Below the pieces are notes generated by a model, which was not told where the DNA came from, made no database searches, and was given only the letters and a program-made list of their open reading frames with translations. Source: Oscillospiraceae bacterium (lineage in GTDB: Bacteria; Bacillota; Clostridia; Oscillospirales; SIG627). Taken from it: a stretch of 64,000 bases of DNA. Positions 32,145-41,848 of this stretch are shown here, one piece after another. Each line of letters begins with the position of its first letter. Position 1 is the stretch's first letter. The position numbers were made by a program, and so were the translations under genes. The stretch lies in contig SVTC01000002.1 of NCBI GenBank assembly GCA_015063985.1, positions 67,475-131,474 of the forward strand. The letters are read 5' to 3'.

Positions 32145-32460
32145 AAGATTTACAAAAAACGACAGCGGATTTATTTGTGCCAATTGCGGAGCCGAGGTGG
32201 AGCCGCTGGAATATTCATCAAGAGATCACTGCCCCTTTTGCCTATGGTCTTTGCACGTGGATATAATGCCGGGAGACAGATCAAATCCCTGCAAGGCAAA
32301 GCTTGAGCCGATATCCGCGGAGCCTGATGCAAAAAAGGGCTTTATAATAAATTACAGATGCACAAAATGCGGAGCAAAAACAAGGTGCAAGGCTGCTCTT
32401 GGAAAGGGGCAGACCGACAGCACCGATCTATTGATAAAATTAACAGTAAACAGAGATTGA
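32137..32460 (+). CDS. RNHCP domain zinc-binding protein
   Basis: FICANCG...RDHCPFCLWSLHVDIMPGDR. Confidence 0.85.
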   Translation: MAKRFTKNDSGFICANCGAEVEPLEYSSRDHCPFCLWSLHVDIMPGDRSNPCKAKLEPISAEPDAKKGFIINYRCTKCGAKTRCKAALGKGQTDSTDLLIKLTVNRD

Positions 32461-32469
32461 GGTGTAAGG

Positions 32470-32889
32470 ATGAAGGTGATCTTTGTTTGTACGGGTAACA
32501 CCTGCAGAAGTCCCATGGCGCAGATGATAGCCCAAGAAAAAATAAAAAATCACAGCTTTTCCTCGGCAGGTATCTATGCCGCAAACGGTGAGGAGGCATC
32601 ATACGGTGCCCAAAATGCAATGGAGATAATGTTTTCAAAGCCTCTTATACATAAAAGCACTTTGATAACAAAGGATATTTTTGATTCCAATGATCTTGTT
32701 ATAGCTATAAGCGGGCGTCACAAGGCTCTTCTTGAAGCCTTGTACGGAAAAAGCGATAAGATAATTGCAATGCCCGAGGATATTGCCGATCCCTTTGGCG
32801 GCGACGTTGACGATTATCTTGCCTCGGCAAGAGATATAGAAAGAGGAATAGATATTCTTCAAAGCAGAGGTTATTTTGATGATAAGTGA
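32470..32889 (+). CDS. Low-molecular-weight protein (arginine/tyrosine) phosphatase
   Basis: FVCTGNTCRSPMA P-loop, DIADPFGG. Confidence 0.9.
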   Translation: MKVIFVCTGNTCRSPMAQMIAQEKIKNHSFSSAGIYAANGEEASYGAQNAMEIMFSKPLIHKSTLITKDIFDSNDLVIAISGRHKALLEALYGKSDKIIAMPEDIADPFGGDVDDYLASARDIERGIDILQSRGYFDDK

Positions 32890-33316
32890 TGCAAGCCTGA
32901 AGGATTCAGTGGCTATTGCGGATATTGAAAAAGAATGCTTTTCATTGCCTTGGAGCAAAAATGCCATTGAAAAGGCAATTAAAGATCCCTCCTATACGGT
33001 GCTTTGTAAATACTGCGACGGCGAGGTCTGTGCTTATATAACTGCCTTGAATACTCCCGACAGTGTGGATATTTGTAATATAGCTGTAAGGGAAGAATTC
33101 AGACGCCGCGGATTTGCCTCGGAGCTTTTAAGAGAGCTGATACGTCGCTTTGAGAATAAAAAAGTTTTTTTAGAGGTGCGATCTAAGAATACCGCTGCCA
33201 TAAGCCTTTATGAAAAAATGGGATTTTGTTTTGCGGGAAAAAGAAAGAGCTTTTATTCAAATCCCACAGACGATGCCTTTATATTGACCTTGGATGCCAA
33301 GGTCGGTACTAATTGA
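32876..33316 (+). CDS. rimI: RimI-like GNAT acetyltransferase
   Basis: FSLPWS, NIAV..EFRRRG, LEVRSKN..AISLYEK.GF; directly upstream of tsaD. Confidence 0.85.
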   Translation: MMISDASLKDSVAIADIEKECFSLPWSKNAIEKAIKDPSYTVLCKYCDGEVCAYITALNTPDSVDICNIAVREEFRRRGFASELLRELIRRFENKKVFLEVRSKNTAAISLYEKMGFCFAGKRKSFYSNPTDDAFILTLDAKVGTN

Positions 33317-33343
33317 AAAAGGTGTAAAATAAGGAGACAGAGT

Positions 33344-34345
33344 GTGAAAATATTAAGCATAGAAAGCAGTTGTGACGAGACGGCGGCTGCTGTAGTTGAG
33401 GACGGAAGAAGGGTACTGTCGGGAATAGTAAACAGTCAGATAGAGACCCATAAAAAATATGGCGGAGTAGTACCCGAGATAGCCAGCAGAGCCCATACGG
33501 AGGCTATTAGTTACGTAGTAAAGGAGGCGCTGGAGAAGGCAGGGACGGGAATTGACGGTATAGATGCCATAGCGGTGACCTATACCCCCGGTCTTGTGGG
33601 AGCGCTTTTGGCGGGAGTCAGCTTTGCAAAGGGATTGAGCCTTGCTACGGGTAAGCCTCTCATCGGAGTGAACCATATGAGGGGACATATAGCGGCAGCG
33701 TATCCCGAGAATCCCGATCTTGAGGGAGATTTCTACGCCCTTGTGCTTTCCGGCGGTCATACCTCCATTATCAGAGCAAAAAGCTACACTGAGTTTGAGC
33801 TTGTGGGTATGACCAGAGACGATGCCGCAGGCGAGGCATTTGATAAGGTTGCCAGAGTAATGGGAATAGGATATCCCGGCGGCAAGGAGCTGGATATACT
33901 CAGTAAGAGCGGCGATTGGAAAAATTGCCCTTTGCCGATGCCGATAATAAAGGGAAGCGATTTTGACTTTTCCTTTTCGGGATTGAAGACAGCGGTGATC
34001 AATAAGGTGCATACAGCCGGGCAGAAGGGTGAAGAAATAAACAGAGCAGATCTTGCCGCAGGCTTTACAAAGGCAGTCTGCGACGGAATAAGGGACAGAC
34101 TTGAGAATCTTTTCAGTGCCCGAGAGGTAAAAAAGCTGGTGCTTTGCGGAGGAGTTGCGGCAAACAGCGCGGTAAGAGCGGCAGTAAGCGAGCTTTGTGA
34201 GAAAAAAGGCGTGAAGCTTTATATACCCTGCCTTGAATACTGCGGAGATAATGCGGTAATGATAGGTGCGCAGGCATATTATGAATATTTGGCGGGAAAT
34301 CTTGCCGGAAGCGATTTGAATGCGGAGCCGGTGAGCCAGATCTGA
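33344..34345 (+). CDS. tsaD: tRNA N6-adenosine threonylcarbamoyltransferase
   Basis: IESSCDET, GGVVPEIASRAH, SGGHT, DDAAGEAFDK, FSFSGLKT, DNAVMI. Confidence 0.96.
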   Translation: MKILSIESSCDETAAAVVEDGRRVLSGIVNSQIETHKKYGGVVPEIASRAHTEAISYVVKEALEKAGTGIDGIDAIAVTYTPGLVGALLAGVSFAKGLSLATGKPLIGVNHMRGHIAAAYPENPDLEGDFYALVLSGGHTSIIRAKSYTEFELVGMTRDDAAGEAFDKVARVMGIGYPGGKELDILSKSGDWKNCPLPMPIIKGSDFDFSFSGLKTAVINKVHTAGQKGEEINRADLAAGFTKAVCDGIRDRLENLFSAREVKKLVLCGGVAANSAVRAAVSELCEKKGVKLYIPCLEYCGDNAVMIGAQAYYEYLAGNLAGSDLNAEPVSQI

Positions 34346-34354
34346 GGAGAAAAA

Positions 34355-37171
34355 ATGGCTGAAAAATATATAACCATAAACGGTGCAAGGGTGCATAATT
34401 TAAAGAACGTTGACTTGCAGATACCAAGGGATAAGCTTGTGGTATTTACGGGATTGTCGGGCTCGGGAAAAACCAGCCTTGCCTTTGATACCATATATGC
34501 GGAGGGCTACAGAAGATTTGTGGAGAGCCTTTCCAGCTATGCAAGAATGTTTCTCGGTCAGTTGGATAAGCCCGACGTGGATAAAATAGAGGGACTCAGT
34601 CCTTCTATTAGTATAGATCAGAAGACCACCAGCCGAAATCCCAGATCTACCGTTGGAACGGTTACGGAGATACACGATTATCTGAGATTGATGTATGCGA
34701 GGATAGGAATACCACACTGTCCCGTATGCTTCAAGCCAATAAAGGGCCAGAGCATTGACCAGATGGTGGATAGGGTGCTGGAGCTTGATGACGGGACAAG
34801 ATTTATGATACTTGCGCCCGTTGTAAGGGAGAAGAAGGGCAGACACGAGAAGGTGATCGAAGCCACGGTAAAGAACGGCTTTTCCCGAATGAAGGTGGAC
34901 GGCGAGATAATGGAGCTTGACGGCGAAATAGAGCTGGACAAGAATAAAAAGCATACTCTTGAGATAGTAGTTGACAGGCTTGTTAAAAAGGAAGGAATAA
35001 GATCGAGGCTTGCAAATTCATTGGAAACGGCACTTGGAATGAGTGACGGAATAGTGACCTTGGAGCTTGTTGACAGAGAGGGTGAAGACAGATACTTTAC
35101 CATGAGCAGGAATTTTGCCTGCGAGGAGCACGATTTTCAGCTTGGAGAGCTGAGTCCGAGAATGTTTTCCTTTAATAATCCTTACGGCGCCTGTAGCGCG
35201 TGCTCGGGCTTGGGAGTAAAGAGGGAAATATCACCGGAGAAGATAATACCCGATATGAGTCTTTCACTTGCGGAGGGCGCGGTAATTTGTAACGGCTTTA
35301 AGAGTATAGACGAAAAGAGCTGGACGGGAAAGGTCATAAATGCAGTGGGAGCAAGCTACGGCTTTGATATCCATAAGAAGCTTTGTGATTACTCTCCGGA
35401 GCAGATGGACGTGCTTTTATACGGCAACGGAGTGAAGAGAAGACGTGGAGGACTGTTCAGACCAAAGCTCAGAGTGGGAGATTTTATGGGCATAGTCAGT
35501 ATGATCCAGGAACGCTTTGAGATGGGAAATAATGAGTATTACGATCAGTTTCTTGAGGAGGTTCCCTGCCCGCAGTGTCAAGGAAAGAGATTAAAGGATG
35601 AGATACTTGCGGTAACCGTGGGTGGAAAGAGCATTGCCGATTTTTGCGATATGTCGGTAAAGGATGCATTGTCCTTTATAAAGGAGCTGAAGCTTAGTCC
35701 CAGGGAGAATATCATTGCCGCAGAGCTTATTAAGGAGATCAGATCAAGGCTTGAGTTTTTGCAGAGAGTGGGACTTGATTATCTTACCCTTTCCAGAGCA
35801 AGTGCGGGCTTAAGCGGCGGCGAGGCACAGAGAATAAGGCTTGCAACGCAGATAGGCTCGGGACTTATGGGAGTGCTTTATATTCTGGATGAGCCAAGTA
35901 TAGGCTTGCACCAGAGGGATAATTCCAAGCTTATAGATACTCTTAAGAGGCTCAGGGATAGCGGAAATACCGTTATCGTGGTGGAGCACGATGAAGAGAC
36001 TATGGAAAGCAGCGACTTTATCGTGGACGTTGGACCCGGAGCCGGAATAAACGGCGGAAGGATAGTTGTTGCGGGAACTCCCGATGAGGTAAAAAGCTGC
36101 GAGGAGTCGGTCACGGGCGACTTTTTAAGTGGCAGAAAAAAAATAGCAGTTCCCAAAATCAGAAAAGAACCCACGGGATATTTGAAGATATTCGGAGCAA
36201 GGGAGAATAATTTAAAGAATATTGACGTGGATGTGCCCTTGGGATGCTTCGTAGCGGTTACGGGCGTGTCGGGAAGCGGAAAATCCAGCTTGATAAATAA
36301 GATACTTTTAAGCGAGCTGGCAAGAAAGCTGAACCGAGCCTTTACAACAAGGGGAGATTTTGACAGCATTGAGGGCATTGAGCAGCTTGATAAGGTGATT
36401 GCTATAGATCAAAGCCCTATAGGAAGAACACCCAGAAGCAATCCGGCTACTTATACGGGAATGTTTACCGATATAAGGCAGATATTTTCTAAGTGCCCTG
36501 AAGCGAAAATGAGGGGATTCGGTCAAGATAGATTTTCATTTAACGTTAAGGGCGGAAGATGTGAAGCCTGTCAAGGAGACGGAACCGTTAAGATCGAGAT
36601 GAATTTCTTGTCCGACGTTTTTGTTAAATGCGACGTGTGCGGCGGAAAAAGATATAACCGCGAGACTCTTGAGGTAAAATACAAGGGCAAGACGATTTAT
36701 GACGTTCTGGAAATGACTGTGGATGAAGCGTTGGCCTTCTTTGAGAATCATCCTTCGGTGGTGAGAAAATTAAGGACCTTGAAGGACGTTGGATTGGGAT
36801 ACATCAAGCTGGGACAGTCGTCTACCACTCTTTCCGGAGGTGAGGCGCAGAGAGTAAAGCTTTCCTGCGAGCTTTCAAAGAGGAATACGGGAAAGACCTG
36901 CTATATACTTGATGAGCCTACAACGGGACTTCACTCTGCGGACGTGGAGATGCTTTTGAAGATATTAACAAAGTTTTCGGACGGCGGAAATTCGGTTATT
37001 GTTATTGAGCATAATCTTGACGTTATAAAATGTGCAGACCAAATTATTGATATGGGTCCTGAAGGCGGAGACGGAGGAGGAACCGTTATATTCAGCGGTA
37101 CTCCCGAGGAAGCGGTTAAATGCCGTGAGAGCTATACGGGCAGATATCTTGAAGCAAAGCTGAAGGGATAA
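34355..37171 (+). CDS. uvrA: Excinuclease ABC subunit A
   Basis: Two ABC domains (GLSGSGKT, GVSGSGKS, two LSGGEAQR) and zinc-finger motifs. Confidence 0.97.
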   Translation: MAEKYITINGARVHNLKNVDLQIPRDKLVVFTGLSGSGKTSLAFDTIYAEGYRRFVESLSSYARMFLGQLDKPDVDKIEGLSPSISIDQKTTSRNPRSTVGTVTEIHDYLRLMYARIGIPHCPVCFKPIKGQSIDQMVDRVLELDDGTRFMILAPVVREKKGRHEKVIEATVKNGFSRMKVDGEIMELDGEIELDKNKKHTLEIVVDRLVKKEGIRSRLANSLETALGMSDGIVTLELVDREGEDRYFTMSRNFACEEHDFQLGELSPRMFSFNNPYGACSACSGLGVKREISPEKIIPDMSLSLAEGAVICNGFKSIDEKSWTGKVINAVGASYGFDIHKKLCDYSPEQMDVLLYGNGVKRRRGGLFRPKLRVGDFMGIVSMIQERFEMGNNEYYDQFLEEVPCPQCQGKRLKDEILAVTVGGKSIADFCDMSVKDALSFIKELKLSPRENIIAAELIKEIRSRLEFLQRVGLDYLTLSRASAGLSGGEAQRIRLATQIGSGLMGVLYILDEPSIGLHQRDNSKLIDTLKRLRDSGNTVIVVEHDEETMESSDFIVDVGPGAGINGGRIVVAGTPDEVKSCEESVTGDFLSGRKKIAVPKIRKEPTGYLKIFGARENNLKNIDVDVPLGCFVAVTGVSGSGKSSLINKILLSELARKLNRAFTTRGDFDSIEGIEQLDKVIAIDQSPIGRTPRSNPATYTGMFTDIRQIFSKCPEAKMRGFGQDRFSFNVKGGRCEACQGDGTVKIEMNFLSDVFVKCDVCGGKRYNRETLEVKYKGKTIYDVLEMTVDEALAFFENHPSVVRKLRTLKDVGLGYIKLGQSSTTLSGGEAQRVKLSCELSKRNTGKTCYILDEPTTGLHSADVEMLLKILTKFSDGGNSVIVIEHNLDVIKCADQIIDMGPEGGDGGGTVIFSGTPEEAVKCRESYTGRYLEAKLKG

Positions 37172-37231
37172 AAAAAGGAATGGCATATAGCCCTTCCTTA
37201 ATTTGTTATAATTTTAATCCGGCATAAAGTT

Positions 37232-37460
37232 AAGCATTGTGGTATGTGTTAGCACAGATTTGATCGACATTAAAAGTTTTTTGCTTACTTTTTTTCAAAA
37301 AAGTAAGTTGGCTCCACCTTTTTTCAAAAAGGTAAGTGTAAATAAGAGTAGAGTAGACCGTCGTGGTATGTGTTAGCATAGACTTGATCGACATTAAAAG
37401 TTTTTTGCTTACTTTTTTTCAAAAAAGTAAGTTGGCTCCACCTTTTTTCAAAAAGGTGGA
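37232..37460 (-). repeat. Two tandem units of the AT-rich hairpin repeat, overlapping the GH127 3' end
   Basis: Reverse complement matches the 3282 and 17315 copies (TCCACC-T5-G-A6-GGTGGAGCCAACTTAC...). Confidence 0.85.
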
Positions 37461-39260
37461 AGGGAGCCAGACGGACATCTCTCCAACGGAGCGGTTGGCA
37501 AAGGCGAAGTAGGGTATGAGAGTGAGGTCAATAGGCTTTGGCTCTGTGGGGGAGAAATCAAAGTAGAGCTCGGAAGCTTCAAAGTCAAGATCAAAGCCCT
37601 TTGCCTTAATGGTAAAGGCATTGAATTGGTGAGAAAAATCACCTAAAGCGGGTGAATAGGGATCTATAGCGATGCAGTCCAGAGAGTAGGGGTTGTCGTG
37701 CTGCTCGAGACAGTAGATCATGGGGCCGTAGCTAACGGCTACCTTTGAGCAGTTGGATCTTACCTTGGGGTTGGAGGAAATGACTCTGACTCTCATTTGA
37801 AAGTCAAGATCTATAACGTCGCCGTTTTTAACGGGGATATATAGATAACCGTCGGAGGATTTTTCATTGGCATAGGCATTGCTCCAGGAGGGAACGCGGA
37901 TGGCAAGAGTATCGTCCGCTCCGGAATAGGAAATGGAAATTATGCCGTTTTTTGGGTATTCGGTGCTTTGCTTTATTGATACTTCCGTACCGTTTCGTGA
38001 AAAGCTTGATACGGAAGATGAGAATTGGTTAACGTAGATAGCTTTGTCGTTAAAGGAGTAGAAGTAGTTACCAAGGCTTGCGAAGAAGCGGTTAACGTTG
38101 GGCGGACAGCAGCTGCAGGAAAAGACCTTGACTCTTTGGGGAATGGGGTAGTGCATATTGCCGAGAGAATTGAGCTCGGGGCGGAGCTCCAGAGGGTTTT
38201 CATAGAAGAAGTGGTCACCGATTAAGTCAACTCCCGAGAGAACGCCGTTGTAGAGGAGCCTTTCGATAACGTCGGCATATAATGAATTTGTGAATAGCCT
38301 TTGGAGTCTGTGGGCGAAAAAAGCCAAAGCTATGCCTGCACAGGTTTCGGCATAAGCGTTGAGATTGGGAAGATAGTAGGGATGAGCGAAGGATTCACCT
38401 CTGGAATTGGATCCAACACCGCCGGTTATGAACATCTTGTTTGCGACAATGTCGTCAAAGACCGTTTTTACCTGCTTGCGAAGGGCTTGGTCGTTGGTTT
38501 CAAGGGCGAGGTCGGCAATTGCGGAGAACATATACAACGCTCTTACGCTGTGACCCTCGGCGACTGTTTGTTCGGTTGCTTTTTTGTGGCTTTGAAAGTT
38601 TACGGGATTTACCTTGGGAATAAAATCATTTTCGCTGCAGCCTCTGTTGAAAATGAAAAACTTTGCCATTTCAAGATAATCGGGATCATTGGTGTAGCGA
38701 TATAGCTTTATAAGAGCGAGCTCGATCTCCTGGTGACCGGGAGTGGTGAAGGCAGAGCTTTTTTCTTCCATAAAGATCTTTTTGACAAGAGAGGTGTATT
38801 TTTTCACACAGTTGAGCATTTTGCTTTTGCCGGTGGCATCGTCATAGGCAATAGCGGCTTCGATGAGGTGACCGAGACAGTACAGCTCGTGATTGTTTCT
38901 GTTGGTGAAGCGCTTGTCCTTTTCCAAGGTGAGATAGTAGCAGTTGTAGTAGCCGTCTTCAGCCATACTGTTTGCCATATCATCGATTATCAGATCTGCT
39001 TTTTCTTCAAGCTCGGGTACTGTTTCGCCGTTTTTAATAAGATATGCAACACTTTCTATCCATTTGGCAACGTCTGAATCCCAAAATACGTGGGGACGAA
39101 TGCCGTTTTCCCCGTCGTATTCGCACTTGAAGGCATCGATTCTGCCCGTTTCCTTAAACCGTGCATATACTGCGGGAATGCTTACGTTTTTGTTGCGATC
39201 GTATACCTGCTTTAAAAAGCCATCGGTAAGCTTTACGTTGGAAAAATTAATAATACCCAT
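37419..39260 (-). CDS. GH127 family glycoside hydrolase (beta-L-arabinofuranosidase-like)
   Basis: FWDSDVAKWIE, HELYCLGHLIEA, GHSVRALY, YAETCA, CSCCPPN. Start ATG 39260 after GGAG. Confidence 0.9.
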   Translation of the reverse strand: MGIINFSNVKLTDGFLKQVYDRNKNVSIPAVYARFKETGRIDAFKCEYDGENGIRPHVFWDSDVAKWIESVAYLIKNGETVPELEEKADLIIDDMANSMAEDGYYNCYYLTLEKDKRFTNRNNHELYCLGHLIEAAIAYDDATGKSKMLNCVKKYTSLVKKIFMEEKSSAFTTPGHQEIELALIKLYRYTNDPDYLEMAKFFIFNRGCSENDFIPKVNPVNFQSHKKATEQTVAEGHSVRALYMFSAIADLALETNDQALRKQVKTVFDDIVANKMFITGGVGSNSRGESFAHPYYLPNLNAYAETCAGIALAFFAHRLQRLFTNSLYADVIERLLYNGVLSGVDLIGDHFFYENPLELRPELNSLGNMHYPIPQRVKVFSCSCCPPNVNRFFASLGNYFYSFNDKAIYVNQFSSSVSSFSRNGTEVSIKQSTEYPKNGIISISYSGADDTLAIRVPSWSNAYANEKSSDGYLYIPVKNGDVIDLDFQMRVRVISSNPKVRSNCSKVAVSYGPMIYCLEQHDNPYSLDCIAIDPYSPALGDFSHQFNAFTIKAKGFDLDFEASELYFDFSPTEPKPIDLTLIPYFAFANRSVGEMSVWLPSTFLKKGGANLLF

Positions 39261-39385
39261 TTTTTTCTCCGTTATTAATAGAGTTGACGGAAGATACCGT
39301 TGGGTATACGATAACATAATAATAGTCTTTTGTCAAGTGTTGACTTTTTTATTGTCAGCGGTAAAATAACTTTGTTTTTTCTGAG

Positions 39386-40276
39386 GTGTTTATGAATAGA
39401 TTAAAAGCTAACGTAATGCTGCTTCTTGCGGCATTTATATGGGGTACGGCTTTCGTTGCCCAGAGCGTGGGAATGGATAGCATTGGCCCGGTTTCCTTTA
39501 ACTGTGTGAGAATGTTTATAGGAAGCCTTACCTTGATCCCGGTAATTTACTTCCGCAGATTTATGGAAAAAAGAAAAAGCGGGAAAGTAGAGAAAATTGA
39601 TCTTAAAAAGCATATTATAGGCGGCGCGGCTTGCGGTGCGTTTCTTTTTCTTGCATCGGTGTCTCAGCAGATGGGCCTTGTTTTCACTACACCTGCAAAA
39701 AGCGGATTTATAACTGCTCTTTACGTTGTTCTTGTTCCTATAGTGGGTTTGTTTTTTAAGAAAAAGGTTCGTTGGAATATGTGGGTAGCGGTAGTGCTTG
39801 CCGCCGCGGGACTGTATTTTCTTTGTATTCAAGGAAGCTTTGTTCTGCAGCTTGGCGATCTTCTTACTCTTATCTGCGCCTTTATGTATACGTTCCACGT
39901 TCTTACGGTGGATCATTTTTCCCCTGAGACTGATCCTGTTATACTGAGCTGTCTGCAGTTTTTCTTTTGCTCGCTGTTTTCCTTTTGTCTTATGTTCTTT
40001 ATTGAGGAGCCCTCGGTATTGCAGATATACAATGCGGCTATACCGATTCTTTATACCGGCGTTCTTTCCAGCGGAGTTGCTTTTACCTTTCAGGTATGTG
40101 CACAAAAGCACACTTCGCCCACTGTCGCTTCCCTTCTGATGTGTCTGGAATCCGTTTTTGCGGTGCTGGCGGGTATGGTTATTCTTTCTCAAATACCCTC
40201 TCCTGCGGAGGCCTTCGGGTGCGTTCTGATGTTTGTGGCAATAGTTTTGGGGCAGATATTCCCCGAAAAGGAATAA
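39386..40276 (+). CDS. DMT/EamA family transporter
   Basis: About 10 TM; IWGTAFVAQ, SGFITALYVVLVP, LESVFA. Confidence 0.9.
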   Translation: MFMNRLKANVMLLLAAFIWGTAFVAQSVGMDSIGPVSFNCVRMFIGSLTLIPVIYFRRFMEKRKSGKVEKIDLKKHIIGGAACGAFLFLASVSQQMGLVFTTPAKSGFITALYVVLVPIVGLFFKKKVRWNMWVAVVLAAAGLYFLCIQGSFVLQLGDLLTLICAFMYTFHVLTVDHFSPETDPVILSCLQFFFCSLFSFCLMFFIEEPSVLQIYNAAIPILYTGVLSSGVAFTFQVCAQKHTSPTVASLLMCLESVFAVLAGMVILSQIPSPAEAFGCVLMFVAIVLGQIFPEKE

Positions 40277-40391
40277 AAAATAAAAGGAAGGGCTTGCGGT
40301 ACCTACCGTAAGGCAGGAAAACGCATCATCTATATTGGTGATGCGTTTTTGCTTTTCAACCTACAGTTGAAAAATCTCGTTTATGCAGTTA

Positions 40392-40420
40392 TTGTCAAAA
40401 AAAGATTGCCGTGATATAAT
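40392..40420 (+). promoter_or_regulatory. SigA-type promoter of the cassette 1 passenger gene
   Basis: TTGTCA-17 bp-TATAAT with extended -10 TG. Confidence 0.7.
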
Positions 40421-40464
40421 AAAAGCACAGGACAGGCGCCGTCTTGAAATTCGGAGGTAAATTT

Positions 40465-41256
40465 ATGAATATTGGAAACAAAATTAAAGAATTGAGAAAG
40501 CAACGCGGCATTACTCAAGAACAACTTGCAGATAGCATAGGTGTTTCCTTTCAAGCGGTTAGCAAATGGGAGAATAATATAGCTTTGCCTGATATCACGC
40601 TTGCTCCTGCTTTGGCAAGTTATTTCGGTGTATCTATGGACGTTCTTTTCGATTTCAATTTGCAGGAAATTGAAGATAAAGCATTTGCTATCGCAAAAGA
40701 AAGCTGGAAATATCGTAGCTCCGATTGGGAAAAAGCACGAAACATTATTGATGAAGGGCTGAAGACATATCCTGATAACGTTATTCTTTTGATTAACAGA
40801 CTTTATGTTATGAACAGCGAGGAAACTCCCGACGAGGTTATCACTATCGCGTTGAAAATTATTGATCTTTCCAAAGACGAAGCGATAAAATATGATGCCT
40901 GTCAATTCTTGGCGTATGCGTACAAAGCAAAAGGAGATTATGAAAGTGCGCGAAAAGCAATCGATATCATTCCCGATATTCGTTTCTCGAATCAGAGATT
41001 GAAAGCGTCCATTTTGGAAGGAAAAGAGAAATGGGATGCGGCATGTCAAGAATTTAATGAATCTTTATATGCATTTATGTTTATCACTTATAGCATGGCA
41101 GAATGTTGCAATGAAAGAGGCGAATATAAAGAAGCTTTGGAATATTATGAGAAAGCTTTACGTGTACTTGACATCTATAAAGTGAAAGAAAGCTGGTATG
41201 GTTTTCGTGAAGGGTTTAATGAAGAAATTGCAAAGATAAAAGAAAAAGCGAAATAA
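40465..41256 (+). CDS. XRE-family HTH regulator with TPR-like C-terminus
   Basis: GGAGG SD; IKELRKQRGITQEQLA...VSFQAVSKWE..PD; helical repeats (GDYESAR, GEYKEALEYYEKAL); more AT-rich than its neighbours. Confidence 0.88.
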   Translation: MNIGNKIKELRKQRGITQEQLADSIGVSFQAVSKWENNIALPDITLAPALASYFGVSMDVLFDFNLQEIEDKAFAIAKESWKYRSSDWEKARNIIDEGLKTYPDNVILLINRLYVMNSEETPDEVITIALKIIDLSKDEAIKYDACQFLAYAYKAKGDYESARKAIDIIPDIRFSNQRLKASILEGKEKWDAACQEFNESLYAFMFITYSMAECCNERGEYKEALEYYEKALRVLDIYKVKESWYGFREGFNEEIAKIKEKAK

Positions 41257-41330
41257 GATATTGCATTTGTGTCCGCAAAAGCAGTGCTTGTCAGGAAAAA
41301 CAGACAGACTTTCAGAGCGCACAAACAAAA

Positions 41331-41513
41331 GGCTCCCTCCGGGAGGGAGCTCCCGACGAAGTCGGGTGAGGGAGAGCGCGTTACAATAAAAATTGTGCTT
41401 ATTTGACAGTCACGCGGGCTCCTTCCGTCACGCTACGCAGCGAACCCCCAAAGCTCATTTCATTCGCTTCGGGGAACCCCTGCCGCGTGCCACCTTCCTC
41501 CCGGAGGAAGGCT
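41331..41513. repeat. GC-rich composite REP/MITE-like element, copy 1
   Basis: GGCTCCCTCCGGGAGGGAGC...CTTCCTCCCGGAGGAAGGCT; near-identical to 49126-49382. Confidence 0.85.
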
Positions 41514-41642
41514 ATTTTGCCGCCTGGCAGTATACCTAAGAGGTGTAACACACTATACCTTGCGTGGCAGGCATGTGAAAAGGAGTACGAACAAATCGTC
41601 CGTACTCCTTTTGTTATTTTTTCGGAAGGTGTTGCCCCCTGC

Positions 41643-41800
41643 GTGTCATCTTGAGCGGAGTCCGCCCGAGATTCCACCTTCGCTTTGCTCGGTGCTGCTT
41701 CGCAGTTCGACTACGCTACGCTTCGCTCAGAATGACACGGCGGACGCAGTCGAAACCCGAAGGGCGAACGGCAATGCCGTTCGGATCTCGCAGGGAGATT
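41643..41800. repeat. Second REP-like palindromic element
   Basis: GTGTCATCTTGAGCG...CGCTCAGAATGACAC inverted repeat plus further hairpins. Confidence 0.65.
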
Positions 41801-41848
41801 AAAACCTGCTTTATGGAAGGCACCCCTTGTCCCTTCCTTTTTTACGGT

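Larger units (their letters stand above)
40297..41825. mobile_element. Non-autonomous TIR cassette 1, inserted in a terminator loop
   Basis: Flanks AAAAGGAAGGG-CTTG | CTTG-T-CCCTTCCTTTT; ends CGGTACCTACCGTAAGGCAGG vs (reverse complement) GGGTGCCTTCCATAAAGCAGG, 16/21 ungapped; no transposase inside. Confidence 0.72.

Noticed and set aside
41331-41800. tRNA, riboswitch or T-box
   Set aside because: No cloverleaf, T-loop, T-box or recognisable aptamer motif; it lies 3' of genes and is duplicated at 49126.
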